A stretch of 64,000 bases of DNA from Candidatus Latescibacterota bacterium (GTDB lineage Bacteria > Latescibacterota > UBA2968). Positions 40,090 to 50,362 of this stretch are shown here, one piece after another. Within the stretch, counting starts at the first letter, position 1, and the number at the start of each line of letters is the position of its first letter. A model generated the notes under the pieces. The model was not told where the DNA came from. It made no database searches and worked only from the letters and a program-made list of their open reading frames with translations. The stretch spans positions 1,696,001-1,760,000 of the forward strand of contig OZ242320.1 of NCBI GenBank assembly GCA_965208125.1, given 5' to 3'. Position numbers and translations under genes: made by a program.

Positions 40090-41028
40090 TCATCCAAAAT
40101 AAAGCAGATAAAAGGTCCGCGTAGGGTAAATGCGAAGCGCGGGAGTGGGGAAGCGGCTGAGACGGAGATAGGGCATGAACTTACGCAATGCCTCGCAATC
40201 ACGCAGAAGATGGGCGACATCGAAATCCAGAGAAAGCAGAATTTCGCGCTGCGCATCCGGCAAGTTGGGATACCGGCGGTCAGGACCGCGGCTTTTGTGG
40301 TTAAAACCGTGCAGCCCCTGTGCCCCAATTCCCACAGCCACCCCCAGCCAATTGGGCCAGAGTTCGGAGGCAGGCCCCATTAAAAAAGGCTTGGGATTAA
40401 GTACCATCCAAAATGTTATCCCCTCATAATCGTCTATGACCGCATGGACAAATGGACGCCCGCTGACCTGACGTGCCTTTCGATCGCGGTAAAGCGAGGA
40501 TGGAAAATAGCTGAACTTAAATCGCACTGCTTGAGACGCGGGAATATATGCGTGGATCAGGGGAATCAGAGCACCCAACACATCTGCCGTGGCATCGGGA
40601 ATGCTAAATCCCCATTGATCAGATCGCCCATCGCGGAACTCGATATAAAGCAACTCGGCAATGCTGCTCAAAGAACCGAGCAGCATTGCTGTGCGCGGGG
40701 AAAAGCCTATCCAGTGATAGAGATCGCGAGCCGTCTGAGTAAATAAAATTCCTGCCATAAAATGACCGCTTTGATCCATATTGAGAAGGGTATCGCCAGA
40801 CCAATCGTAAACAACACGGAAACGACCTGTATTTTGGCCTTGCCACCAAGTTCTTTCAAAATACCGATAGCCCACCCAATGCACGCCAGCAGCCGCAACA
40901 CCGACATAGGCCAGACGTTTGAGATGGATACCTCGTTGCCGCGTTTTTGACGAATCGGGTTGATCAGCAGCAGCCGAGACGCACAGGAATACAATAAAGG
41001 GAAAAATTAATCGCAAATATCGAAACAC
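40090..41028 (-). CDS. DUF2279/YfiM-like exported or membrane protein
   Basis: Signal peptide; MDQSGHF, IEFRDG...WGFS..D..AD..G, FKFSY, DDYEG.TFW, PNWLGVAVG. Confidence 0.75.
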   Translation of the reverse strand: MFRYLRLIFPFIVFLCVSAAADQPDSSKTRQRGIHLKRLAYVGVAAAGVHWVGYRYFERTWWQGQNTGRFRVVYDWSGDTLLNMDQSGHFMAGILFTQTARDLYHWIGFSPRTAMLLGSLSSIAELLYIEFRDGRSDQWGFSIPDATADVLGALIPLIHAYIPASQAVRFKFSYFPSSLYRDRKARQVSGRPFVHAVIDDYEGITFWMVLNPKPFLMGPASELWPNWLGVAVGIGAQGLHGFNHKSRGPDRRYPNLPDAQREILLSLDFDVAHLLRDCEALRKFMPYLRLSRFPTPALRIYPTRTFYLLYFG

Positions 41029-41072
41029 GGTATTGTCCCTATGTTAGGTATGAGAGGCTTTGATATGTTTCT

Positions 41073-41258
41073 TCAGGTCCACATCAACCTTTGCTCGTTT
41101 AGAGGGTGAATGTGCTCGCCAGGCATAATACCCGCTGAGGGAGGCACCCAGGACTCGGCATTGCGTGGCGATTGGCCAAAGTGCCTATTGAAATACCCGA
41201 CCCCATCCATGGCATTTACCACATCGACAACCCGCAAATAACGGTAGTATTTTCTCAA
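41073..41258 (-). pseudogene. Possible RraA-like/aldolase gene fragment
   Basis: YRYLRVVDVVNAMDGVG resembles RraA-family N-termini; the rest is degenerate. Confidence 0.3.
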
Positions 41259-41290
41259 CTAAAAAGGACCGTGTTCAGTCATTTTTTGTA

Positions 41291-44200
41291 TTAGAAACCC
41301 CCGAATTGATATGTAAGTCCCAGCTTCATCCGCCGCTCTTTGGGGTCGTGCGTGAAGCCATCGTAGGCTTGCTCGATATTCACCAGAGGTGGCCTGGTGC
41401 CGAGCAGATTCATTCCCGAAAACGCAATATTCACCCCTCTGGACACGTTCCAAAGAAAACTCACATCCCATGTGACAAACGAGTCAATAGTACCGAATAG
41501 ATTTCTAATCGTCGTATTATCGGACCCCATTGAGCCGCGGTCTTCATAAGACGAAATATAGTTCAGATAGCTCACCAAACTATAGGTCTTCCAGTGATAA
41601 CCCGCCGATGCCCGCCCCTTCAACTTGGGAAGCGAAGTCGCAATGGGATTGCCAAAATTCAAGTAGCCCGCAGCATCTGCCGCATCCTGAAGCACCAAAT
41701 TACCATGCATCAGAGCCTTTGTCTCATACGACAGCGTATAAGTGCCATCCAGACTCGCCGCGAATTGTCCTGTACCCGCCGGCATCCGCGTGCCCAGATG
41801 TACATCGATTCCCGAAGTCTTGACCCCTGGCCAGTTGACGATATCAACCCGCACCCGCTCAAGCTGTGAGGCCGCGCAGTTGCCAGTACCTATTCCATCT
41901 GGACAGACAATAAACCGCTTCACGGCGTCTCTCACGCTCTGGTCCTCAGATGCGTATAGGCTGGTAATCGCACCATGCGGCATTGAACCAATGACATCGC
42001 TGAAATCATAGCTCCAGTAGTCGAATGTCGCTTCAAATCCAGCCTCTGTAATCAGAGCGAGGCCAGCATTATAGGTAAACGCCTGTTCGGGTTTGAGGTC
42101 CTTGCTCCCAAATCTATCGACCGCCTGATAAGCCCCTGTCTCATTAATCCATTCGAGCGTCGTCAGCGGGCTTTCATTGACATCATCCAGCGATGGCGTG
42201 CGAAATGTCGTCTGCACCGAGCCGCGCATAAACAGGGAATGGGTAGGGGATTGCGAAAGCTGCACGCGCCAGCCGAACTTGGGATCAAAACTGCTTGCCA
42301 CATCGTGAAACTCGTAGTTCGCGGCGAGTTGCAAATCAATGCGCTCTCCCAGACTCAGAGGTATTTCACCAAAAAAGCGATGTACCGTCTGGTCTTCGGA
42401 GTATGGCCGATGCACATTCGTGAACGCATAGGGACCGAACTTATCTTCCTCTGAGCATCCTTTATCCCCCGGAACCGGGCAGGGGTTAATGGTCACATCG
42501 CCCGGATCGTTCGGATCGCCAGTAGCACTGAGCTTGCGGAACTGATATCCAGCGGCATAACTCGCATTGAGCCAGACATTTTCCGTCCACGTTCCCGTCA
42601 ATGTCGCCTCGGCAACCAGCATATCCGCCGTACTCTGTAGATCAACTTCCTGATTGGCGAGCCATTCCCGCAATTCGGGACTGTTCTCAAGACCAGATCG
42701 ATAATCGGGATTCGGCGAGTTCGCAAAATTCGAGCCATATTGATCCGTGAACTCGATGGCATTGCCGAAGGGGTTGTAGTAATGACAGTTGCCCTCCCCT
42801 GCTACCTGGTCGTAGATCCGTCCCAGTCGCATTCCCGCAAGAGACGTCGGATCTGCCTCTACACCAACGCCGCAATCGGGTCCCCCAAAACCGCGGAAGC
42901 CGAGGAACAGCCGCTCAATGTACACCCCCGGCAAATTGTAATTGCCCGCAGTGCGCGAATAAGAGAGACCCACGTCAAAATGGGCATCTCGACCGCCGAA
43001 CGCCTTAAAATCGCCATTTGCCGAAGCCGCCATGCGCAACGTATTCGATTGACGACTCAACGTGCGTCCGGGACCAGAGTTTCCAAAGGGCCGCCCATTG
43101 AAATACCAGTTCTCGCCACCATGGCAAGCGTCGTAATACAGATCGCCGGGATTTGCACCATAATCCTGGCAGAATGCCTGCCGTCCCGGATGATCGGGCG
43201 CGACTTCCATAATACTCGTGTCTGTCAGTGGGAACGGCGGATACGAAGGCGTCGTGTACCAATCGGGGATCTCGGCCTCGGCCCACAGGTACTCCACGTG
43301 ATAATCCGTACCATTGTCCAGAGTGCCATTGAGTTCAGCAAAAGCACGGATATGACTCATTTCTTCGACCAGATTCTCATACTGCTGATAGCGGAAGCGG
43401 CATGTCCAGGATTCCCGGAAACCGCCAAATTCCTCACATCGAGGAGCGTGGATGGCAGCGGTCCAGGGGGCTGGCGCACCAATGGCAAAGGTGCCGGGAT
43501 TCCCCAAACTCGACCATCCCAGGCGTTGCCCACCACCGTGCCACGGCTGCAACAGGTAATCTCTATCTGTAGATGGCAGCGCCTGGCGCCCCATCCATTC
43601 CGCAGAAATAACCACATGAGTTCCTTCGGCGAGTTTTTTACCCCATATCGCGCCTATATTTGTATCGCCTGCGCCTTCGAAATACTCGTGGGCACCCGAG
43701 ACTTCAAAACCCTCAAAATCGGATCGGGTCAAAAAATTGGCAACGCCGGCCACTGCATCTGATCCATAGATGGCCGAGGCCCCCTCCTTGAGCACCTCAA
43801 TCCGGTCAAGGGCGATAGAGGGAATAACATTTACATCGACAAAGCGTCCACCGATCAAGCGCGCAGGGACATAGGTCTGTCGGCGGCTATTGATCAACAC
43901 CAGCGTCCTCGAAGCCCCCAGCCCACGCAGATTCACATTGGCAATGCTCTCCGTAAGCGTGGCAGCCTGACCCGCATTGTACCAACTGCTTCGCTCACCG
44001 ATCACGCCGTGACTCGCACCCAGATTCTTAAAAAAATCAACCGCCTGCGGAGACCCCTGTTCTGCCATCTTTTCTCGTCCAACTACAGCGACCGCATACG
44101 TCATGCTGATGGGCGCTTCCTTAAATGCCGTACCCGTCACCACCACTTCATCCAGATAAAGCGCGGAGGGATTCATCTGTAATGAAACCGTCACGGTTTC

Positions 44201-44485
44201 TCCTGCCGTCACAGTAATAACCGCTGTCGCGGTCGCATAGCCGATCAAATCAGCTCTCAGTTCGTATGCACCAACTGGCACATTTGGAATAGTAAATCGA
44301 CCCTGATCATCCGACACTACACCCAGTTTCAAGGTCGGAATATGAACCTGCACCACTTCCAATTTCTCTCCACTTGTGGCATCGGTCACTGTACCCGTGA
44401 CTGTTCCAACAGATTGCGCCTGGACCACGCCAGAAAGCAACCCCACACATACCAGAATCGGAATAAATCTGCTCAAGAACGCCAT
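41291..44485 (-). CDS. TonB-dependent receptor
   Basis: Signal peptide, CarboxypepD_reg-like N-domain, LDEVVVTGT, NLRGLGASRTLVLIN, IEVLKEGASAIYGSDAVAGVANF, terminal aromatic strand. Confidence 0.95.
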   Translation of the reverse strand: MAFLSRFIPILVCVGLLSGVVQAQSVGTVTGTVTDATSGEKLEVVQVHIPTLKLGVVSDDQGRFTIPNVPVGAYELRADLIGYATATAVITVTAGETVTVSLQMNPSALYLDEVVVTGTAFKEAPISMTYAVAVVGREKMAEQGSPQAVDFFKNLGASHGVIGERSSWYNAGQAATLTESIANVNLRGLGASRTLVLINSRRQTYVPARLIGGRFVDVNVIPSIALDRIEVLKEGASAIYGSDAVAGVANFLTRSDFEGFEVSGAHEYFEGAGDTNIGAIWGKKLAEGTHVVISAEWMGRQALPSTDRDYLLQPWHGGGQRLGWSSLGNPGTFAIGAPAPWTAAIHAPRCEEFGGFRESWTCRFRYQQYENLVEEMSHIRAFAELNGTLDNGTDYHVEYLWAEAEIPDWYTTPSYPPFPLTDTSIMEVAPDHPGRQAFCQDYGANPGDLYYDACHGGENWYFNGRPFGNSGPGRTLSRQSNTLRMAASANGDFKAFGGRDAHFDVGLSYSRTAGNYNLPGVYIERLFLGFRGFGGPDCGVGVEADPTSLAGMRLGRIYDQVAGEGNCHYYNPFGNAIEFTDQYGSNFANSPNPDYRSGLENSPELREWLANQEVDLQSTADMLVAEATLTGTWTENVWLNASYAAGYQFRKLSATGDPNDPGDVTINPCPVPGDKGCSEEDKFGPYAFTNVHRPYSEDQTVHRFFGEIPLSLGERIDLQLAANYEFHDVASSFDPKFGWRVQLSQSPTHSLFMRGSVQTTFRTPSLDDVNESPLTTLEWINETGAYQAVDRFGSKDLKPEQAFTYNAGLALITEAGFEATFDYWSYDFSDVIGSMPHGAITSLYASEDQSVRDAVKRFIVCPDGIGTGNCAASQLERVRVDIVNWPGVKTSGIDVHLGTRMPAGTGQFAASLDGTYTLSYETKALMHGNLVLQDAADAAGYLNFGNPIATSLPKLKGRASAGYHWKTYSLVSYLNYISSYEDRGSMGSDNTTIRNLFGTIDSFVTWDVSFLWNVSRGVNIAFSGMNLLGTRPPLVNIEQAYDGFTHDPKERRMKLGLTYQFGGF

Positions 44486-44681
44486 TGCTCCTCCTTTTTG
44501 TTAGGCTCCTACTTCAAATAAACTTCAGGATATTGGGGAGTTGATTCTGAATCTGACAAAGGCTGCTCACTTGGAGCTTGAGAAGTAAATTTATCTCTCA
44601 TTAAAAACATCCGTGAAGGAAACAACCTCGCACGGAGGATCAAGCCTCTAATGAACTGAACAAACGTTCACCTAAAACCAA

Positions 44682-45083
44682 CTATCTCTTAATGTTTAGT
44701 AGAAACTCTCCAGAAACAGTATGATAGCCACCTCTCTTGCCTCTATGAATAATATCAGAAAAAGAGAAAACAGAACCTGGTGTTATACTTATTTCCTTGA
44801 TCTCAGTAGGATTTCTATCCTTCATAATAAATCTCCTAAGATCTCCAAGAATCTTGTATTGAGAGTCGTATTCTCCATCGCGTAAGTATATAGTAAAGGC
44901 GTAGTTGAAGTGAGCAGTAGCGGGATGGTGCAACTTCGGACGGAGATAGAAGTTCAATAGAGGAGTAGGCAGATTATCAAGACTATTATCCGTGTCTATC
45001 TCACCTCTAACTATTGTAATACCGTCTATATACTTATTCAAGAGACGGATAAAATTGGACTCGAATAATGATCTACTAAACAT
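44682..45083 (-). CDS. AT-rich hypothetical protein, probably leaderless
   Basis: 133-aa ORF; TTGACC-17-TATTCT ends 7 nt before the ATG; hairpin plus T run downstream (about 44604-44637). Confidence 0.55.
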   Translation of the reverse strand: MFSRSLFESNFIRLLNKYIDGITIVRGEIDTDNSLDNLPTPLLNFYLRPKLHHPATAHFNYAFTIYLRDGEYDSQYKILGDLRRFIMKDRNPTEIKEISITPGSVFSFSDIIHRGKRGGYHTVSGEFLLNIKR

Positions 45084-45294
45084 AACTCTTAGAATAAGTG
45101 CTCAGACCCAAATGGTCAAGCCCTGTTTTTAGTTGAAATAATGGAGGCTGTTAGGCTCAGTTAGCAGCATAGGCTTTGTCCAGGCTGCCACTGAGAACCT
45201 GTCGGCAGTTTATACAGTCCCTCATAGATCGTGACCTATCCTATCACAAGGGCCTACTGTGTCTTACTTGATGGCTCGAAGCTGTTTAATACGC

Positions 45295-46845
45295 TTATTC
45301 GCGCGATTTTCGCACTTCCCTGCGAAGCCCCATCCAAACGCAGACAGCCATTCCCAATAGCACAATAGCGAACGGAAAGCCGGTTGTGAGCGAGGCAGCC
45401 TGCAACGCACTCAAACCTCCGCCCAGCAGAAGCGCTATGGCGACTAACCCCTCAATCGTACACCAGAAAACGCGTTGTGCGACTGGTGCGTCAACCCTTC
45501 CGCCAGCTGCGATTGTATCAATAATCAGCGATCCGGAATCCGACGAAGTAACAAAAAACACGATGATCAGAAGCATCGCCACAGATGAAAGCAGTGTTGC
45601 CATCGGCAACTCATCAAACATTTTGAACAATGCGATTTCGAGCTTCCACGCCTCGACATTATGAGTTACACCGGTATAGCCCTCAACGATGTGCTGATAA
45701 AACGCCGTACTGCTAAAAGTACCGAACCACAGCAGACATAAAAGCATTGGCACCAGAAGCACAGAAACGACAAATTCGCGCACTGTGCGCCCCTTTGAAA
45801 TGCGGGCGATGAACGTACCGATAAATGGCGCCCAGGCAAACCACCATGCCCAATAAAAAGTCGTCCAGTCTCGCACGAAGGCGACATCCTCGCGCCCAAT
45901 CCAGTTGCTGAGCGGGACAATATGCGCGAAATAACTGCCGAGACCAGCGAAGATACTGCGAAAAATGTAGAGCGTTGGTCCAAGCGATATAACAGTCAAC
46001 AGCAGCAAAAACGCGAGAATGATATTGAATTGGCTCAAACGCTTGATACCGACATTAATACCCGTCAGCACCGATATCAGAGCGATGGACGTAATCGCAA
46101 CAATCAGCACCACCATAGTGGTATTGTTCGCGGGAATATCAAACAGATAGTTTAATCCGGAAGTCACCTGCTGAACCCCCAGGCCGAGAGAGGTTGCAAG
46201 CCCAAACAATCCCGCAAATATCGCGAAAGTATCAATAATATGTCCAGGCCAGCCCCAGACGCGGTCACCAAATAAGGGATAGAACGCCGAGCGAATCGTG
46301 AGAGGCAATCCCCGATTGTACGCAAAGTATCCCAGAGCGAGTCCAACGACGCCATAGATTGCCCAACCGTGTAGTCCCCAGTGGAAAACCGTCGCTGCTA
46401 TCCCCACGGTAGCGGCCTCATCCGTTCTCGGCGTAATACCGAGCGGCGGATTTTGATAGTAATACACCGGCTCCGCCACTCCAAAAAACAGCAAACCTAT
46501 GCCCACGCCAGCAGCAAAAAGCATGGCAAGATAGGTTAAATAGGTGTATTCGGGTTTTTCATCTGCGCCGCCCAGACGCACCTTCCCAAGGGGCGATAGT
46601 GCGACATAAAGGCAAAAGAGCACAACGAGATTGGCAGCAATGAAAAAAAACCAATCGAGGCTCGTGGTGAGCCACTCGCGGATATTTTTAAACCCTTCAG
46701 TCGCGGCTTCCTGAAAGACAAGAGCACCAGTCACAAATGCGACAATGGTAATACCGGAAATCACAAACACTGGCGTCAGATAGATATCTAAACCGAATAG
46801 CTTGCGATATTCTCGATCATGTATTCCTTCTAAATGCGTTTTCAC
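45295..46845 (-). CDS. BCCT family (betaine/carnitine/choline) transporter
   Basis: AMLFAAGVGIGLLFFGVAEP, FHWGLHGWAIY, WTTFYWAWWFAWAPFIGTFIARISKGRTVREFV, FFVTSSDSGS. Confidence 0.95.
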   Translation of the reverse strand: MKTHLEGIHDREYRKLFGLDIYLTPVFVISGITIVAFVTGALVFQEAATEGFKNIREWLTTSLDWFFFIAANLVVLFCLYVALSPLGKVRLGGADEKPEYTYLTYLAMLFAAGVGIGLLFFGVAEPVYYYQNPPLGITPRTDEAATVGIAATVFHWGLHGWAIYGVVGLALGYFAYNRGLPLTIRSAFYPLFGDRVWGWPGHIIDTFAIFAGLFGLATSLGLGVQQVTSGLNYLFDIPANNTTMVVLIVAITSIALISVLTGINVGIKRLSQFNIILAFLLLLTVISLGPTLYIFRSIFAGLGSYFAHIVPLSNWIGREDVAFVRDWTTFYWAWWFAWAPFIGTFIARISKGRTVREFVVSVLLVPMLLCLLWFGTFSSTAFYQHIVEGYTGVTHNVEAWKLEIALFKMFDELPMATLLSSVAMLLIIVFFVTSSDSGSLIIDTIAAGGRVDAPVAQRVFWCTIEGLVAIALLLGGGLSALQAASLTTGFPFAIVLLGMAVCVWMGLRREVRKSRE

Positions 46846-46858
46846 AATATTTCTTCCA

Positions 46859-47110
46859 TCAACGCCCGAGTTGATATGTAGCCGCCAGCTTGAATCGTCG
46901 GCCTTTGAGATTGTGCGTCAAGCCGTCGAATCCCAGTTCAAAATCGACGAGAGGCAGCACTTGTCCGGTCAGATTCAACGCGGAAAACGTGATATTCATA
47001 CCGCGCTTGGGCAAGTGCCACACTAAATTGGCATCCCAAGTGAGAAATGAATCAATGCGACCATCCAGCGTCCAAACGTCCCGATCTTCATACTTGGCAT
47101 ATAATTCCCA
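46859..47110 (-). pseudogene. C-terminal remnant of a second TonB-dependent receptor
   Basis: YEDR...IDSFLTWD...ITFSALNL.G..LPLV..E..FDGLTHN.K.RRFKL..TYQLG aligns with the C-terminus of 41291-44485. Confidence 0.8.
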
Positions 47111-47238
47111 AAACAAAATATAACAACGATAAAGTTTATCAAGTGCATTCTGCCAAGCAGTAAGGTTTTGATGCCGTAGTTTAAGGGGATCGGGTTGATC
47201 CCGGTCCCCTTTTTTAATATGCCGATGAGAATAGCACG

Positions 47239-47267
47239 TTGACAAAACGCGTAGAACTGAATATACT
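47239..47267 (+). promoter_or_regulatory. Near-consensus sigma70 promoter
   Basis: TTGACA-17-TATACT. Confidence 0.75.
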
Positions 47268-47296
47268 GTCTTTGTCACACATAGAAAGGACACATT

Positions 47297-47530
47297 GTGA
47301 ACATTCCCTCCATTGAAAGCCGAGTCGCCGCTCTTGAAGCGATTGTTGAGCAAATTAACCACCGATTGAATAGCATCGATAGCCGATTGAACAATATGGA
47401 CAGCCGTTTTACGAATGTCGAGAATCGAATCAACAGCAATTTCAAGTGGATTGTTGGCTTGTTGATCACTGTTCTCCTTGCCAATATCGGAACGGCTATC
47501 ACCATCATTTTGACGTTGAGCAAATCTTAA
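47297..47530 (+). CDS. Small coiled-coil protein with C-terminal TM anchor (XhlA/CCDC90-like architecture)
   Basis: Heptads RLNSIDS/RLNNMDS/RFTNVEN, then FKWIVGLLITVLL; GAAAGGA SD. Confidence 0.7.
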   Translation: MNIPSIESRVAALEAIVEQINHRLNSIDSRLNNMDSRFTNVENRINSNFKWIVGLLITVLLANIGTAITIILTLSKS

Positions 47531-47647
47531 CCCTCTGCCCGTGTCGAAGGCAGATAGATTTGATGCAGTAAAGTTTTAAGGGGATCGGGTCATCCGGTCC
47601 CCTTTTTTTATTTATAACGTAAGGTGTAACTCCAAAACCCAGACATG

Positions 47648-48110
47648 TTAAGGGGCTGGTGGAGGCGGTGGATAATCCACCCAACGCCTTATTGACTGGG
47701 GCAGAATATCCCGATTATTAAAAAGGAATATGCGAAGGACATCAGGGTCAATGCATTCGACCTGAGCGTGTTGAGATCCCGTGTACTTGCCATAGGACTG
47801 AAAGAGAAATACCCTTTCTCCAAAGCCTGCAAAATCGTCTCGATTTAGTTGAGTAGTGTTCCCAGTTTTGACCTGGACGACCGCTCTCTCAAATGTCTGT
47901 CTATGAATCAGAATGTACTCATATCCCATCGTATCTGGTTGACGTGATGCTGGTAAGTATAGCCATCCACACATTTGCAGGTAGATAGCCACTGCGTTCT
48001 CTGTCTCTATATCATCGAGAAAGGTATAGATATCAGGGTCTTCCGGAAATTGAGGAGCGTATTGATTGATGCCTGAGATATCATTCCACAGAAGTTGTGA
48101 ATAAATCGAG
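47648..48110 (-). pseudogene. Mrr-like restriction endonuclease C-terminal fragment
   Basis: ETENAVAIYLQ...YEYILI...AVVQVKTG; no convincing start or SD. Confidence 0.5.
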
Positions 48111-48220
48111 CTGCGCTCCGCCTGCAACTGCCCATCCCATTCCCAACACATACTCCTGGTCTAAGCAATTTCGATTAGGCAGACATTTTGGTGTCGATCA
48201 AATCGCTTATTGATCTACCA

Positions 48221-48361
48221 GCTACACGCCTTGGTCACTACTTTGGCATGACGCCTGAGTTCTGGATCAATCTTCAGACCCGCTACGATCTCGATGTCGC
48301 CGAGCACACGGTACGTCGCCAAATTGAGCGAGAGATAGAACCGCTGATTGCATCTCCGTAG
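48221..48361 (+). pseudogene. higA: HigA/VapI antitoxin C-terminal fragment
   Basis: Not in the ORF track: ATRLGHYFGMTPEFWINLQTRYDLDVAE...IEREIEP-stop; the HTH N-terminus is absent. Confidence 0.8.
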
Positions 48362-48536
48362 CAGGACAGACTGGCACAACATAATGTGCAAAGTTGATCC
48401 GCGCAGGCGCCGTAATGATTCTATACGGCATCAAGGGGGTCTCTGTATTGCTGAACTTGAAGGCTGATCTGTAGTTGCTTCCCTTTCATCTGTGTAAAAC
48501 GCTCAAATGAACTGGCTATTGCCCGTTGTACCCCAC

Positions 48537-49361
48537 TCATTCGTGCTCATTAAAAGACCACAGTTTGAGAATCGTCTTACACAAAATCCATTCCAGATCG
48601 TCATCATTAAAGAACATATGATTGCGAATGAGGTCGAGCGACCCTCTGTACCCACAACTCCTGAACACATGGGGAAAATCCGTACCCCACATCAGCCGGT
48701 CGGGGCCGTACACATCGTAAATGCGTTTGATCATATCGTGCGTATCGCGGTGCGGATAGGGCATATTGGACCGCTGTCCCACATTGGAAATCTTGACATG
48801 AACATTGGGATAGTGTCCCCAATTGAGCAAATTGGTCAGCAGTGGTTTGGGATCTGGTTCATCCACGGGAATACCGGCAATGTGATCAACCACAACATTG
48901 ACCTCGGGAAAACGGGCAATAATGGGTTCAACGGGCGCATGATCCTCAGCCCCGCCAAACAGATTGAAACACAGGCCCAGATCTCGGGCACGCGCCCACA
49001 GCGGATCTTTATCAGACGCCGCCAGATCTTTAGGGTCTCCATAACGCGACAAATGAATCCGCATCCCGCCAAACCCCTCTTCCCTATGCAAACGCTCTAA
49101 CTCATCCGCGGCATCGGGTGATGTGGGATCCACAAGCGCCTGCGCCGCGAGTTTATCCGGATACCGCTTGAGACAATCGGCCACATACCGATTATCAAAA
49201 AGATAGTGAATCGGCTGCACAATAACCGCCTTATCCACCCCCGCGTCCGCCATCGTCTCAAACAAAAGCTCGACCGAACCCGCCTCATGGGGTTGGCTGG
49301 GACCATAGGGATAGGTTTCTTCGTCATCGCTCCATACATGGAGATGGGGATCAATAATCAT
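48537..49361 (-). CDS. Amidohydrolase_2 family protein
   Basis: MIIDPHLHVW, VVDHIA, VHVKIS, RLMWGTDFP; AGGAGG SD before ATG at 49361. Confidence 0.9.
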   Translation of the reverse strand: MIIDPHLHVWSDDEETYPYGPSQPHEAGSVELLFETMADAGVDKAVIVQPIHYLFDNRYVADCLKRYPDKLAAQALVDPTSPDAADELERLHREEGFGGMRIHLSRYGDPKDLAASDKDPLWARARDLGLCFNLFGGAEDHAPVEPIIARFPEVNVVVDHIAGIPVDEPDPKPLLTNLLNWGHYPNVHVKISNVGQRSNMPYPHRDTHDMIKRIYDVYGPDRLMWGTDFPHVFRSCGYRGSLDLIRNHMFFNDDDLEWILCKTILKLWSFNEHE

Positions 49362-49371
49362 GATAAACCTC

Positions 49372-50283
49372 CTAAAAGCCACTCGGCGTATCTTGCAAAA
49401 TGTTTTCAACGCGTTCCAATTCATCATCCGAAAATTCGACATCTGCTGCGCCGACGTGTTCTTTGACCTGATCGGAATTTTTCGCACCAACGAGCACACA
49501 GGTAACTTCCTCGCGGCGAAGAAGCCAGGCAATAGCGAGTTGCACCATCGTGATATTTTTATCGGCAGCAACGGATTTTAACTCATCTGCCACTGCGAGA
49601 TAACGGGCGAAGAGATCACCTTGAAAGCGAGGTGAATTCGCGCGCTCGTCGTCTTCGGAAAATACATGGTTGGGCGCATATTTGCCCGTAAGCAAACCTT
49701 TCCCCAGGGGACTGTGCGCGAGAATACCAATACCCGTTTGTCTGCAAAAACCCAGGTCTTCGGCTTCAATATTCCGGTCAAACATATTGTAGCGCGGTTG
49801 ATTCGAGTGAAATGGCGCAATATCGTACGCCTGTTGCATCTGTGCGGCGTTGAAATTGGAAACCCCGACAAAGCGCGTCTTGCCCTGTTCTTGCAGCCGG
49901 GCCATAGTTTCCATGCTCTCTTCAATAGGATACTGCGGGTTCCAACTGTGGATTTGATACAAATCTACGTAATCGACATCGAGATTTCGCAGACTATTTT
50001 CAATCGCGCTTTCAATATCCCCTCGAGAATACTGACGACTGACTTTCGTCGCCAGAAAACACCGCTCGCGATAGCCATCTTTGAGTGCTCTACCCAATGT
50101 GGCTTCGCTGGTGCGATATGCCTGTGCAGTGTCGAGCAGAGTAATACCGCTGTCAATAGCAGTACGCACAGTATCAATACTATCCCTATCGTCCATATTA
50201 CCCATACCGCCGCCAATGGGCCAGGCACCCAGGCCAATAACCGGGATGTCGGCACCGTCTTTGCCTAATTGTCGATGGTTCAT
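49372..50283 (-). CDS. Aldo/keto reductase
   Basis: IGLGAW, DTAQAY, LATKV, DLYQIH, GVSNF, HSPLGKGLLTGKY, QLAIAWLL. Confidence 0.93.
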   Translation of the reverse strand: MNHRQLGKDGADIPVIGLGAWPIGGGMGNMDDRDSIDTVRTAIDSGITLLDTAQAYRTSEATLGRALKDGYRERCFLATKVSRQYSRGDIESAIENSLRNLDVDYVDLYQIHSWNPQYPIEESMETMARLQEQGKTRFVGVSNFNAAQMQQAYDIAPFHSNQPRYNMFDRNIEAEDLGFCRQTGIGILAHSPLGKGLLTGKYAPNHVFSEDDERANSPRFQGDLFARYLAVADELKSVAADKNITMVQLAIAWLLRREEVTCVLVGAKNSDQVKEHVGAADVEFSDDELERVENILQDTPSGF

Positions 50284-50362
50284 ACAGACTCCTTTCAGTG
50301 CTTGATATTAAGCGCGTGATGTGATACCTTGATCTCAACATATTAATCAGAACGGTCTTTTC

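Larger units (their letters stand above)
47149..47609 (+). repeat. Two imperfect ~65-75 bp direct repeats ending in terminators (47149-47215 and 47534-47609)
   Basis: Both read tctgcc..gcag..tttgatgc.gta..tttaaggggatcgg-loop-ccggtcccctttttt. Confidence 0.8.

Noticed and set aside
46859-47362. 167-aa ORF as a real gene
   Set aside because: Chimeric read-through of antisense and intergenic DNA into the TonB receptor remnant.
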